Shown here in pieces: positions 9,687-19,796 of a stretch of DNA of 64,000 nucleotides. The notes under the pieces were generated by a model. It had not been told where the DNA came from. It was given only the letters and a program-made list of their open reading frames with translations, and ran no database searches. The position numbers and the translations under genes are program-made. How positions within the stretch are numbered: position 1 is the first letter of the stretch; every line of letters starts with the position of its first letter. The DNA comes from Candidatus Parcubacteria bacterium. GTDB taxonomy: Bacteria > Patescibacteriota > Minisyncoccia > Phycocordibacterales > JAACPR01. Where the stretch lies: NCBI GenBank assembly GCA_039805545.1, contig JBDLUA010000001.1, positions 566 through 64,565 of the forward strand, read 5' to 3'.

Positions 9687-10235
9687 ATGATCTTTAAAAA
9701 TATTTTCGAGGCCTGTCAAAAGCAATTGCTTCAAGACAGAGTAGGGGTGCGTAGTCACCGAAAGTCCAAAAAGTGCAAGGCACACATCATCAGACTTGTT
9801 CGGGAATACCGACAAGATTCACATCATCTTGAGGCTCTCTGTAAGACTTTGCTCTTGTGGCGTTGTCTTATGGAATTTCCTTTGGGTACCAATAAACGGG
9901 TACACAAGGAAATTCACCGAAAGGTGGTTCGCTCTTTCTTTTATCTTCTGAAATCAACAACTCCTGAGGATGCTGGGTTTCTGGAGGAACTCAAGAAGGA
10001 GGTGAACAATGGGACAATCTTAGATTCGATGCTTGAGCTTCGTATTATCGAGTTGCTTATGGTGGCTCGTGAGGAGACTCTCAAAAAGCTCAAGAGTCCA
10101 CATCACCAAGCTCAATCCCCAGACCGACTGGAGTCCCTTTGGATAGAGATTGTGGCAACATTTGATGGAAGATACCTCCGGGTGCCACCATATGGGACGG
10201 TTCAATCAAGGCCAATTTGGACAAGTACTTCCTAG
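9687..10235 (+). CDS. Orphan hypothetical protein
   Basis: 182-aa ORF; TTGACA at 9635, hairpin at 10254-10284. Confidence 0.65.
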   Translation: MIFKNIFEACQKQLLQDRVGVRSHRKSKKCKAHIIRLVREYRQDSHHLEALCKTLLLWRCLMEFPLGTNKRVHKEIHRKVVRSFFYLLKSTTPEDAGFLEELKKEVNNGTILDSMLELRIIELLMVAREETLKKLKSPHHQAQSPDRLESLWIEIVATFDGRYLRVPPYGTVQSRPIWTSTS

Positions 10236-10324
10236 GAGAATCCAAAAATCGATAGGCACCCAGCGATCATATCAACGGGTGCCTTTTCTTTTTGTTTTAA
10301 ATGGAGTAAGTTAGGAGTGTATTT

Positions 10325-11143
10325 ATGTCTCAAATTAAAAAAAGATTTTTTGTAGAAGCTATTGAAAACGCTGCAAGAGAGCAGGGTATAGAGACTCATT
10401 GGATGTCTGACAGTTGGATTTGTGAACTTAAAAAGGGAAGTCAAACCTCATATATTTATGGATATAACTTTCCTCTTAATTCTGCAACTGCGTGGGAGGT
10501 TGCACGAGATAAGACTGCAACATCAAAGGTTCTTATAAAAAATAAAATAGCGTGTGTTGAGCATAATGTATTTATTCGACCAACTTTTGATTCGTATAAA
10601 CTTAAAGAAACTCATTCAGATTTAGTTTTTGAATACGCAGAGAAAATCGGATATCCTCTTGTCTGTAAAGATAATTGTGGAGCTGCAGGTAAGAACGTAT
10701 TTAAAGTAAATTCAAAACAAGAACTCAAAGATACACTTTCTCTTGTTTGGAAAAATTCTCGAGGTGCTGCACTTTGTTCTTTTTATGATATTGAATGTGA
10801 GTACAGATTTTTTGTTTTAGATGGTGAAGTTCAATTTGTTTTTAAAAAAGTTTTAAAAAGTTCAGAAGAGTGGAAATTTAATTTGAATCAAGGAGGGGAG
10901 GTTGTATATGAAACTCTTGAAGAGATTCCTTGGGAGTTATACAAGATGGCTGTTGATGCCGCATCTGCTCTTACACTCAACCTCTGCTCTATCGATATTA
11001 TTAAATTAAAGGGAAGTGCCTCTCACCTAATACTTGAAGTTAATACTTCTATCACTACCGAACATTTTTCTCAGATCTCCAAGGCTGCTAAGGATGTATC
11101 TCTAAATTTATATAAAAATATTTTAAAGAAAATATTTGAATAG
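10325..11143 (+). CDS. ATP-grasp ligase, RimK-like
   Basis: DKTAT, GYPLVCK, EYRFFV, SIDII, ILEVN. Confidence 0.85.
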   Translation: MSQIKKRFFVEAIENAAREQGIETHWMSDSWICELKKGSQTSYIYGYNFPLNSATAWEVARDKTATSKVLIKNKIACVEHNVFIRPTFDSYKLKETHSDLVFEYAEKIGYPLVCKDNCGAAGKNVFKVNSKQELKDTLSLVWKNSRGAALCSFYDIECEYRFFVLDGEVQFVFKKVLKSSEEWKFNLNQGGEVVYETLEEIPWELYKMAVDAASALTLNLCSIDIIKLKGSASHLILEVNTSITTEHFSQISKAAKDVSLNLYKNILKKIFE

Positions 11144-11185
11144 ACTTTATTTGTTTATATGTGTAGAGGGAAGGATTATATATGT

Positions 11186-11213
11186 ATGTCGCACAATATA
11201 TCTTTGCGACACT
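11186..11213. other. Candidate dif-like (Xer) recombination site
   Basis: tgtcgca-caatatatctt-tgcgaca palindrome in a 330-bp intergenic gap; resembles the XerC arm GGTGCGCATAA. Confidence 0.4.
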
Positions 11214-11472
11214 ATACATATACAATAAGGCTTTATATATCAATCTGGGCTCGTTTTTTAAAAGCGTTGATTTTACTAGTTTGTTTGACCTTCTATTTGC
11301 CCCTAGGAGCTTCGATAACTTTTTGGCTGAGTGTTCTATCCTCTTGGATATGTGGTATGAGTCATTTTATTTTTAAAATATGTACCTCTAAAATTTATTC
11401 CCCAAAATAGGGGACTCTCTTCCCTATTTTTATAAATCGTGTATAGTTCATTAGAATCAAATAAAAACGAAC

Positions 11473-11694
11473 ATGAAAATAAAACTCGCCCTATGGGCCT
11501 TTCTTACCGGCGGTGTTCTTCTTTCAACACTGACAGCCTTTTTTTGGAGGGATCTGAATCTGTTCTTTGTGATTATGATGATTATCTCTGCAATTGCTTG
11601 CTTTGTAGGCTCTCTCATTTGTCACCTCATTGTGAGAATTTCAAGGTCTGAAGAAGAGGAGGAGGACGCAGATGAAGGTTTTTATGGTCAGTGA
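11473..11694 (+). CDS. Small two-TM membrane protein with acidic tail
   Basis: Two hydrophobic helices then EEEEEDADE; hairpin at ~11714-11742. Confidence 0.7.
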   Translation: MKIKLALWAFLTGGVLLSTLTAFFWRDLNLFFVIMMIISAIACFVGSLICHLIVRISRSEEEEEDADEGFYGQ

Positions 11695-11777
11695 TTCCTT
11701 TCGTCTTTTCGTTAACGCGCTCGCCACACAGCTGAGCGCGTTTTACTTTTTATTTTAAATTTGTATTATATCTCGAC

Positions 11778-11924
11778 ATGCAATCGTTCTTTGAATCAAC
11801 TGTTACAGTCTGTTGTTTTGTATTTGTTGGATCCATTGCAATGTTTGGTTTATGTTTTTACTTGTTTGTACAGGACCAAAAAAAGATGGATTCAAAAAAT
11901 CAGGACAAAAAAACATCGAGTTAA
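11778..11924 (+). CDS. Small single-TM protein (48 aa, not in ORF track)
   Basis: Hand translation MQSFFESTVTVCCFVFVGSIAMFGLCFYLFVQDQKKMDSKNQDKKTSS*; TATTAT box just upstream. Confidence 0.5.
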   Translation: MQSFFESTVTVCCFVFVGSIAMFGLCFYLFVQDQKKMDSKNQDKKTSS

Positions 11925-11938
11925 TTCTCGGTTGTTTT

Positions 11939-13189
11939 TTATTTTAGACAATGTATACCTGCAACAAACCCAGTGGTCCAACAGAGTTGCAATGAAAATC
12001 CACCTGAAGGTCGTCTGATGTCCAAAAGGTCTCCTGTAACATACAGATTAGTAATCTTCTTTGATTGCATTGTTCGAGTATCTATTTCACTTAATGGAAC
12101 TCCTCCGTCGGCTACAATAGATTTGTTGTAGCCTTCAAGTCCGGTAACTGTAATAGGAATTTTTTTAAGAAGTTGTACGAGTGATTTCCGAAATTCTTTT
12201 GAAACTGAGTTTACTGATGTTTCAAAATCATATGGATCATGTTTCTTTATTAAAAATTCTGAAACGGGAAGCTTTGTGATCTGTGAGAGAACATTTTTGA
12301 GTTTTTTGTTTTTATTCTCTTCAAAAATAGTAAGAATTAAATCATCGACTTCTTTATGATTCAATTCTGGATACATATCAATAAATGTTTCTAGTTCTCC
12401 ACTATATAGAGCATCTTGAAGTTTGTTTGAATGATTTAAAATAAGTGGTCCGGATAATCCAGTATGGGTACAGAGTATTTTGCCTGTGCATGAAAAATAT
12501 TTTTTACCATCAACTTGTACAGTTATTTTGCAAGCATCAATTGAGGTTCCAGAATTGTCGCGAATCCAAATATCAGAAACTTTCCACGGTACAAGTGTTG
12601 GTGTCGGTTGTTTAACTGTATGACCTAGTTGTGTAAGCCAATTAAAACCATCACCTGTAGAACCTGTTTCTGGACTTGCAAGTCCGCCTGTCGCAAATAT
12701 ATACGATTGGGCAGAGTATTTCTCCCCTTTTGTGGTTTCAATATGTTGAATTTTTGCCTCTGCGAGGACAATATTTTTTACAGCTGTATTTGTTTTGATG
12801 ATAATGTTAGGGTGAGAACAATAGTCAGTCATAACCTTTGTTACATCTGTTGCTTTTTGTGATTTGGGAAATACTCGATTATATGCTTCGGTCACAAGTG
12901 GCAAGTTTCTTTTTTGAAAAAAAGTAAATGTATCTTGTACAGAAAATTGATCAAAGGTTGAATATAGATATTTCTCTGCTGAGCCGTATTTTTTTAAAAA
13001 ATCTTTAGTGTCAAAAATCGCATTTGTAATATTACATCGTCCTCCTCCTGTAATAGAAAGTTTCTCCCCTAGTTTTTTATTTTTTTCTAAAAGTAAAATT
13101 TTTGCATGTGGGTGATGCTGTGAAATAGTTCCTGCGGCCATCATACCTGATGGACCTCCACCAATAATAATTACATCGTATTGTTCCAT
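11939..13189 (-). CDS. HI0933/YhiN-family flavoprotein (NAD(P)/FAD oxidoreductase)
   Basis: GGGPSG, ITGGGRCNITN, ATGG.A.P.TGSTGDG, GGFSLQ.CW..G. Confidence 0.93.
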   Translation of the reverse strand: MEQYDVIIIGGGPSGMMAAGTISQHHPHAKILLLEKNKKLGEKLSITGGGRCNITNAIFDTKDFLKKYGSAEKYLYSTFDQFSVQDTFTFFQKRNLPLVTEAYNRVFPKSQKATDVTKVMTDYCSHPNIIIKTNTAVKNIVLAEAKIQHIETTKGEKYSAQSYIFATGGLASPETGSTGDGFNWLTQLGHTVKQPTPTLVPWKVSDIWIRDNSGTSIDACKITVQVDGKKYFSCTGKILCTHTGLSGPLILNHSNKLQDALYSGELETFIDMYPELNHKEVDDLILTIFEENKNKKLKNVLSQITKLPVSEFLIKKHDPYDFETSVNSVSKEFRKSLVQLLKKIPITVTGLEGYNKSIVADGGVPLSEIDTRTMQSKKITNLYVTGDLLDIRRPSGGFSLQLCWTTGFVAGIHCLK

Positions 13190-13226
13190 ATATCCCGAGA
13201 GTATAACATATGATAGTATAGATGCT

Positions 13227-13904
13227 ATGAAATATATTAGAGAGCATATTGTATCAATACTAATTTTGGGAGTGCTTGCACTGTTATCTTTTGGAAGTTT
13301 TTTTATTGATTTAAATACTATTCGAGTAAGTATTGAATCTGCAGGAGTGTGGGCGCCAGTACTTTATATTCTAACAAAGGCTTCTACGGTTATATTTGCT
13401 CCACTTTCTGGAACACCTCTTTATGTTTTTTCTGTACCGCTGTTTGGGTTTTGGCATGGGGTCATGTATTCGTTTATTGGAGATTTTATCGGCGCTGTTG
13501 TTACATTCTATATCAGTAGATTTTTTGGTCGTCCGGTTGTTGAGTATCTTGCAGGAAAAAAGAATATGCCTCACATTGAAGATGCACTTGAATTGATGGC
13601 AACTCCAAAAGGTTTTGTAACAATGCGGATTGCCGCATTAAGTATGCCTGAGATAGCAAGTTATGCGGCAGGACTTACACCGATTAATTTCTTCTTTTTT
13701 ATCGTGGTGCACATGCTTGTAGATATTATTCCAATCTTTGTAATCTCAAGTCCTGGACTATTCTTTACTCAACATTTTCCTGCGTGGGCCGTAACTCTTG
13801 GTGTAGTGTCTGCTGGTGCAGTGACTGTGATAAGTATCTTGATATTTGTGGCAATGTTAAAGAAAGCTCATAAGAAACATTTGAAGAATAAGGCGGAAAA
13901 ATAA
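13227..13904 (+). CDS. TVP38/TMEM64 (DedA/VTT) family membrane protein
   Basis: GVWAPVLY..APLSG..FGFWHG..G..TFYISR.FGR, SYAAGLT. Confidence 0.85.
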   Translation: MKYIREHIVSILILGVLALLSFGSFFIDLNTIRVSIESAGVWAPVLYILTKASTVIFAPLSGTPLYVFSVPLFGFWHGVMYSFIGDFIGAVVTFYISRFFGRPVVEYLAGKKNMPHIEDALELMATPKGFVTMRIAALSMPEIASYAAGLTPINFFFFIVVHMLVDIIPIFVISSPGLFFTQHFPAWAVTLGVVSAGAVTVISILIFVAMLKKAHKKHLKNKAEK

Positions 13905-14001
13905 AAGACTTCTTAGCACGTCATCCTTAGCAAAAGGCAGGCCCTTCGGGCCTGCCTTTTGCAATCCTGGATCCTCGCCTTCGCGAGGATGACGTGCTAA
14001 G
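13903..14001. repeat. Composite: truncated CGTC repeat + cUUCGg terminator + full inverted CGTC repeat
   Basis: aaaagacttcttagcacgtcatcct / gcaaaaggcaggcccttcgggcctgccttttgc / cctggatcctcgccttcgcgaggatgacgtgctaag. Confidence 0.85.
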
Positions 14002-14021
14002 TGTTTTATTTGATGTAACTC

Positions 14022-14219
14022 TTACCTCGCCATTTCCCACGCCTTTGCAAGTAATTTAATGAGGAACCCAATGGCTTTTACAAATAGATTAAGTACAAAT
14101 TCAAATACTGGTTTTATCTTTTCCCATAACTCAACAGGGTCTTTTCCAAAATAATATGCAAGTATCACAAACACAATTATAAGAACAATAATTTGTATAA
14201 AACCAGAATTTTTTTTCAT
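14022..14219 (-). CDS. Small membrane protein with pilin-like N-terminus
   Basis: MKKNSGFIQIIVLIIVFVIL; TGcTATAAT 6 nt before the ATG. Confidence 0.75.
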   Translation of the reverse strand: MKKNSGFIQIIVLIIVFVILAYYFGKDPVELWEKIKPVFEFVLNLFVKAIGFLIKLLAKAWEMAR

Positions 14220-14536
14220 ACAAAAATTATAGCATGAATTTTTTTAAAATATAAAAAGAAAACCCCTTGGCGGACCAAGGGGTTTGATTTTCTTCGTGAT
14301 GCCGGAACTTTTTTCGAGAGGGTCACTCAAGAATAAAGTTCCGGCGAATCAGGTATTTGTTTTCATGGCTGTGGAAGCTGGGGTTTCACAGTGTGAACCG
14401 GACGGCACCTTCAGAAGAGAAGGCGCCGCCGGATCAGGCGATGATGGTGCCGGCCGAGTACGTGAGCAAATTGGATTTCAGGTTCACGGATTCGGGGCAA
14501 CATCGGGTAATGTACATGCTTTTCATAGCGTCTATT

Positions 14537-14564
14537 AATATACACTATCCATAAACTTTGTCAA
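14537..14564 (-). promoter_or_regulatory. sigma70 promoter driving a ~270-nt GC-rich unit
   Basis: TTGACA-16 nt-TATATT on minus strand; terminator hairpin at 14260-14285. Confidence 0.65.
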
Positions 14565-14593
14565 GCATTTAAAAGTATTGCCTAATTATAGCA

Positions 14594-14620
14594 AGATTCC
14601 GGCTCAAGCCCGGGATGACA
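14594..14620. repeat. Divergent palindromic repeat (GAT...GGATGAC type)
   Basis: agattccggctcaagcccgggatgaca just after the M23 gene stop. Confidence 0.6.
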
Positions 14621-14626
14621 GAGAGA

Positions 14627-15940
14627 TTACAAACTCGGTAAATAACTCATAGGATCAAGGTAGGCATCAAGGTCAGCAAAAGGCCCTGAGGCATCGGTAG
14701 CGGCACACCCTGCTCCGCCAGGCTTATATGTACCATACTTCCCTACCTTAACTCCTTGTGAAGCATATATAGTTAAGTGAAGGTGTGGACCCGTACTTAC
14801 TCCAGAGTTTCCTGAGAGAGCAATAACTTCTCCTGCACTCACTGTCTGTCCTCGTTCAACAAGAATGCTTGAAAGGTGTGCGTAAAGACTTGAGAGGCCG
14901 TTGTCGTGGTCTACAAGTATCCAACGACCCCACGCATAACAACCAGGATAGGCATCTGTGTTTCCAAAGTCTCGCACTTTTCCACTTGATACTGACATGA
15001 CTTTTGTTCCGATTGGTGTACCAAAGTCTGTTCCTGGGTGATATGCTCGTCCATAAATTCCGGGATTTTGTTTTGCGAATTCAGAACCACCAAATTGTTG
15101 CGTTACGATAATATTTGCGAGTGGCCATGAAAGCACTCCACGCTTTGCACTTGGATATGAACTTGGATCAATAAGAATTTGAATTTTTGATTCGATATCT
15201 TTTACTAATGATTCAAATTGTTGTTTTTGAGCTTGTTTTTGTGCGAGAAGCTGTTCGTATTTTGCTTGCTCACCCTTTGTTGCTGCAAGAAGACCTGATT
15301 TTGTTTTTTCAGTTGAGAGAACCGTATCATGCTGACCTGCAAGTATTTGTTTTTCTTTTTCTAATTCTTCTTTTGTTTTTTCTTCGTCTGTTTTTTGTAC
15401 ATTAAGTTCACGACTAATATTTAAAAGTTCATATTTTTTGTCTATCAGTTTTTCTTTGAATCTTTGTATTTCAAAAACTTGTTCAAAGAAGTTAGACATT
15501 GAACCTGTTTTAAAAGCCAATTCAAATATATTTGAATCAGAATTTTTTTCGAGATTTCTCATTGATTGTGCAAGCCCTTCTTGGAGTTCTACAATTTTCC
15601 GTTGTTTATCTGTTATCTCAATTCCTAACTTTTCAATAGTGAGCTCACTTTTTTTGATAACATTTTGAGTTCTACTTATATCTTTTTGTAGTTTATTTCG
15701 AGTTGCTGTAAGAGTGTTGATTTGAGATTGAATTTCTCCTGCCTTTGCTGATGTTGTCTGAATAAGTTTTCGTTGTTCTTCGATTTCTGCATCTATTTGT
15801 TTTATTTTTGCTTGATACTCATCAATTTGGTCATTGAGTTGATCTACTGTTTCTGCAAATACAAAAGGAAATGAAAATAATTTAAATCCACAGAGAAGGA
15901 TAAAAATAAGTATGTAAGAACTAAATTTTTTCGATGGCAT
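14627..15940 (-). CDS. M23 peptidase with coiled-coil (EnvC-like)
   Basis: Signal peptide, long coiled-coil, HPGTDF, YAHL, STGPHLH. Confidence 0.92.
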   Translation of the reverse strand: MPSKKFSSYILIFILLCGFKLFSFPFVFAETVDQLNDQIDEYQAKIKQIDAEIEEQRKLIQTTSAKAGEIQSQINTLTATRNKLQKDISRTQNVIKKSELTIEKLGIEITDKQRKIVELQEGLAQSMRNLEKNSDSNIFELAFKTGSMSNFFEQVFEIQRFKEKLIDKKYELLNISRELNVQKTDEEKTKEELEKEKQILAGQHDTVLSTEKTKSGLLAATKGEQAKYEQLLAQKQAQKQQFESLVKDIESKIQILIDPSSYPSAKRGVLSWPLANIIVTQQFGGSEFAKQNPGIYGRAYHPGTDFGTPIGTKVMSVSSGKVRDFGNTDAYPGCYAWGRWILVDHDNGLSSLYAHLSSILVERGQTVSAGEVIALSGNSGVSTGPHLHLTIYASQGVKVGKYGTYKPGGAGCAATDASGPFADLDAYLDPMSYLPSL

Positions 15941-17237
15941 TCCTTAATCTTACCAAACTTTTTTCTTTTCCAAGAATTTCCATAAGAGTAAAAGGATCCG
16001 GTGATTTGTCTTGTCCTGATAAGGCAAATCGTGTAGGCCAGAGTACTGCACCTCTTCCCTTCTCTGTCGCATAATCCCAAATTAAATCTTTGAGATTTGA
16101 TCCGGTAAAATCATCTGCCGATTCGAGAATTGAAACAACGTGTGCAAGATATTCTTTTGTTTGTTCAGAATTTGAATCTTTCCAAATGGTTTTAGAATAA
16201 TCTGTGATAGAAATATCATGTAGAAGTGGACCAAATTCTCCTTCAGGTGTAAGAAGTGGTGCAATATCTGAGAAGACTGTGATTCGTTCTTTGATAAGTG
16301 TAATAAGTGTTGGATGTGTAATCGATACTCCTGATTGTTCTTTAATGATATTTACAAAATCAGATTCCGGAATCTGATTGATATACTCTTTGTTGAACCA
16401 GTTTAATTTTTCTAGATCAAAAATGGCCCCACCTTTTTGGATTCGTGTAATATCAAATTGAGAAATTAATTCTTCAATAGAAAGAATCTCGACGTCACCC
16501 TCGGGATGCCATCCAAGAAACGCAAGAAAGTTAATAAGTGCATCTTTGAGATAACCAATATTTTTGTATTCTACAAGTGAAGTTGCACCATCTCGTTTTG
16601 AAAGTTTCTTTCGTTCTTTTGAGAGGATGAGTGGAATGTGTGCATATGTGGGCTGTGTCGCACCAATTGCTTGTCCAATGAGAATTTGTCTTGGGGTGTT
16701 AGAGATATGATCTTCTCCTCGAATCACATGTGAAATTTTCATTTCATGATCATCAACTACTACTGCAAGGTGAAAGAGGGGTTCTTCTATTGATTTTGCA
16801 ATTACAAAATCTCCAAGTTCTGTAGTATCAAATGTAATTTCACCTCGAATCATGTCTGTGAATGTTACAGCCTTATTTGGATTTTTAAATCGGATAACAG
16901 AATCTCTTTGACCTTCTTCTGTCACTTCCTCTTTTGATTCGTATGCAAAGCCATCATCAATAAGTTTTTTGAGATAATTTTTATATATTTCAGTTCGATC
17001 TGATTGCTTGTAGAATTCATCCCATGTAAGACCAAGCCATGTAAGTCCATCAAGAATGTTTTGTTCAAATTCTGGCTTACTTCGTTCTTTGTCTGTATCT
17101 TCAATTCGTATTACAAATGTTCCTCCGTTTTGTTTTGCAAAGAGATAATTAAAAAGTGCTGTTCGAGTTGTACCGATGTGAAGGTTACCTGTTGGTGATG
17201 GGGCTATTCGAACCCGTATATCTGAATTATTTTTCAT
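15921..17237 (-). CDS. gltX: Glutamate--tRNA ligase
   Basis: RIAPSPTG.LHIG, RIEDTD, RGEDH, KLSKR. Confidence 0.98.
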   Translation of the reverse strand: MKNNSDIRVRIAPSPTGNLHIGTTRTALFNYLFAKQNGGTFVIRIEDTDKERSKPEFEQNILDGLTWLGLTWDEFYKQSDRTEIYKNYLKKLIDDGFAYESKEEVTEEGQRDSVIRFKNPNKAVTFTDMIRGEITFDTTELGDFVIAKSIEEPLFHLAVVVDDHEMKISHVIRGEDHISNTPRQILIGQAIGATQPTYAHIPLILSKERKKLSKRDGATSLVEYKNIGYLKDALINFLAFLGWHPEGDVEILSIEELISQFDITRIQKGGAIFDLEKLNWFNKEYINQIPESDFVNIIKEQSGVSITHPTLITLIKERITVFSDIAPLLTPEGEFGPLLHDISITDYSKTIWKDSNSEQTKEYLAHVVSILESADDFTGSNLKDLIWDYATEKGRGAVLWPTRFALSGQDKSPDPFTLMEILGKEKSLVRLRNAIEKI

Positions 17238-18354
17238 GTGAGACTAATGTATCAATTATTTGTCGCGCAATCAATCTTCCTGCATCTGGCTTAGAGAATT
17301 GCTTTGCCCCTTCTTTCATATCCTCTAATAGTTCTGGTCGTGTAAATAAACGGTTGATTTCAGCTACAAAAATCTCTGGGGTGAGATTGTTTTCTTCAAT
17401 AACTACACATGCTCCTGATCGTGCATAGTAGTAGGCATTCTTTCGTTGATGGTCGTTATTGGTCTCTGTAATTGGAATGAGAATACTTGGTTTGTTCCAT
17501 GAAGCAATTTCAAAAATAGTTGAACCTGCTCTTGAAATAATTAAATCAGCTGCTCCTGCAGACATTTTCATGGCAAGATCATTGAGGTAAGGAAAACATA
17601 CATATCGTTCTGCATATGGATGAGTTTTGAGAAGAAGATCCGTAGTTGCCTTTACTTCTTTAAAATTATTTTTTCCTGTTTGATGAATAATTTGATATGA
17701 CTCAATAAGAGTTGGTACGGTATCAATCAAAATATTATTTATAATCTGTGCCCCCTGTGATCCTCCAAGGATAAGGATTGTTTTTATCTTTGAATCAAAC
17801 TTCAGATATTCGTGCGCACCGTCCATTACTGGTTTTTTGATTTCTTCTCGAACAGGATTCCCTGTCCACGCAACTTTCTTTTGATCAAAATAATGTGCAG
17901 CTTCTGGATATGAGATTGCAACCTTCTCAGCATACTTTCCTGCCCAAAGATTTGCTCGGCCTGGAGCACTATCTGATTCGTGGATGATTACCGGAATTCT
18001 CCAAAACTTTGCAGCAAATACTACAGGAACACTTCCATATCCCCCTTTACTAAATACAACATCAGGATAAATCCAAAACATTTTCCAAATTGCTTCAACA
18101 ATTCCAAAAGCAATTTTGAGTTTGTCTGTATAATTTAAAATAGAAAAATACACTCGTTGCTTTCCTGACATTACTCGCTTGTATGTGATTCCGTTATCAA
18201 AAAGAATTCCTCTATTGTATGGATCTGGCGCCATGAAATACATTTGAGGATCTATAAGGTGTTCCTCTTTTATAATTTTTCGGAGCTCTTGTGCAACTCC
18301 AATAATAGGATAAAAATGTCCCCCTGTTTGGCCACCTGTAAATACAATTTTCAT
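17227..18354 (-). CDS. murG: MurG glycosyltransferase
   Basis: GGQTGGHFYP, KGGYGSVP, GGSQGA, ISRAG, HQRKNA. Confidence 0.97.
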   Translation of the reverse strand: MKIVFTGGQTGGHFYPIIGVAQELRKIIKEEHLIDPQMYFMAPDPYNRGILFDNGITYKRVMSGKQRVYFSILNYTDKLKIAFGIVEAIWKMFWIYPDVVFSKGGYGSVPVVFAAKFWRIPVIIHESDSAPGRANLWAGKYAEKVAISYPEAAHYFDQKKVAWTGNPVREEIKKPVMDGAHEYLKFDSKIKTILILGGSQGAQIINNILIDTVPTLIESYQIIHQTGKNNFKEVKATTDLLLKTHPYAERYVCFPYLNDLAMKMSAGAADLIISRAGSTIFEIASWNKPSILIPITETNNDHQRKNAYYYARSGACVVIEENNLTPEIFVAEINRLFTRPELLEDMKEGAKQFSKPDAGRLIARQIIDTLVSHEK

Positions 18355-18453
18355 GTAGAGATTATACTATATTTTTGTTTTAAAGTATTAGGTTATTAAG
18401 ATATTTGCATTTCTAAAATAGAGTGGTTATATATATTAAAAAGCTCACCTACT

Positions 18454-18909
18454 ATGAAAACTAAATCTAATTATTGGGATTACAAACTTTTTTGTGCAGG
18501 ACGATATACTTCTGACAATATCTTGGAGCAAATAAAAGATCCTATATTTGAAAGTGTTCACCGACTGATTGAATGGGTTTGTTTTGAAGATGTTCCTCAT
18601 AAAGCACCAATTGTCAGGGCGGATCTTGAACCTAGAGAAAGAATCTATTCGTACGGATTTAAACGACCTGCAACTTTGTTTGAACTCGTGTGGTTTGCAA
18701 GGAGGTTCCCGGATTTCTTTTTTCTGCATGGTTCGATCGAGACTTATTTTGATCCTTATCTTCATGCATACATGAGACGCAAACAAAGAAGACTCAATGT
18801 TGCTGTTGTTCGTTATTGCGAGGAATTGGATGGATTAGAACTAACTCTTGATGAATATGACAAACAACGCAAGTCTGATTATTTGTTGGTTGCACCCTAT
18901 GTGTCATGA
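18454..18909 (+). CDS. Orphan hypothetical protein
   Basis: 151-aa ORF (contains GFKRPATLFEL); hairpin at 18914-18936. Confidence 0.65.
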   Translation: MKTKSNYWDYKLFCAGRYTSDNILEQIKDPIFESVHRLIEWVCFEDVPHKAPIVRADLEPRERIYSYGFKRPATLFELVWFARRFPDFFFLHGSIETYFDPYLHAYMRRKQRRLNVAVVRYCEELDGLELTLDEYDKQRKSDYLLVAPYVS

Positions 18910-18941
18910 ATTTGCGGGCCGACGTAGTCGGCCCGCTTTTT

Positions 18942-19796
18942 CTATATATTCTTCAGTTTATTTTTTAATTCTTTCCAAAAAATTTCTTTTGAAATCTTTT
19001 CATCAGAATTTAAAATATTTTTTATTTCTACATCTATTCGTGCATCTTCAAATTCTTCTTCAAAAGTTTTATTATGTGGAATTAATTTTAAATCATACAG
19101 TTTGTTATCTGAATAACCTGTAAATGTTCGTGCGAATGTCCATGGAATACTTCCTTTATTTACTCTGTTGGCAGAATCAGCTAATACATTTGTACAGTTA
19201 GATGTGATGGTATTATAAAATTCAGCTTGCGTTTCTAATTTTTCTGTCTGATGTGCTAAATCAACAAATAGTCGTTTTGTTGTATCTTTTGAAATCAAAA
19301 GAGGATACATATATAAATCTTCATTGTGATATACCGCTCTTCTCGAAAATAAGTCTGCTCCACTACCCCACACATACCACATTTCATAAGTATTAAATAA
19401 ACCTCGAACAGCAGAATATGGAACCCCTTCTTCTCTTCGTGCTTCTACAGATATCGAAACTGTCTTTTGGTCTTCAAATTCAAAGAGAAAGAATGTGTGT
19501 CCTACTCCTTCCCATTTTCCAAATGGATTAAGTAAAAAATATACAGAAGTAATTTTTTCTGGATCAAAAGATTCAGTATAAAAATCTTTTGAAGTTACAT
19601 TTCCTTGTGTGTATCGCCAGTCTCTTATGTTTTTAATTTCTATCGTTGAAGTTCCAAATGTTACATCAGGCAATATCTGAGCATCATCTGTCCAGGTTTT
19701 GTTGTGTGTTGGTTGTTTTAAAAAAATATGTAAAACAAGAACAATGCAGACAAAAATTAGAATTATTAAAATTCGAAATAAAAGTTTTTTGACCAT
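18942..19796 (-). CDS. DUF4105 (Lnb N-terminal-like) protein
   Basis: NIRDW.Y, GHTF..F.F, ISVEARRE, FYNTITSNCT. Confidence 0.85.
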   Translation of the reverse strand: MVKKLLFRILIILIFVCIVLVLHIFLKQPTHNKTWTDDAQILPDVTFGTSTIEIKNIRDWRYTQGNVTSKDFYTESFDPEKITSVYFLLNPFGKWEGVGHTFFLFEFEDQKTVSISVEARREEGVPYSAVRGLFNTYEMWYVWGSGADLFSRRAVYHNEDLYMYPLLISKDTTKRLFVDLAHQTEKLETQAEFYNTITSNCTNVLADSANRVNKGSIPWTFARTFTGYSDNKLYDLKLIPHNKTFEEEFEDARIDVEIKNILNSDEKISKEIFWKELKNKLKNI

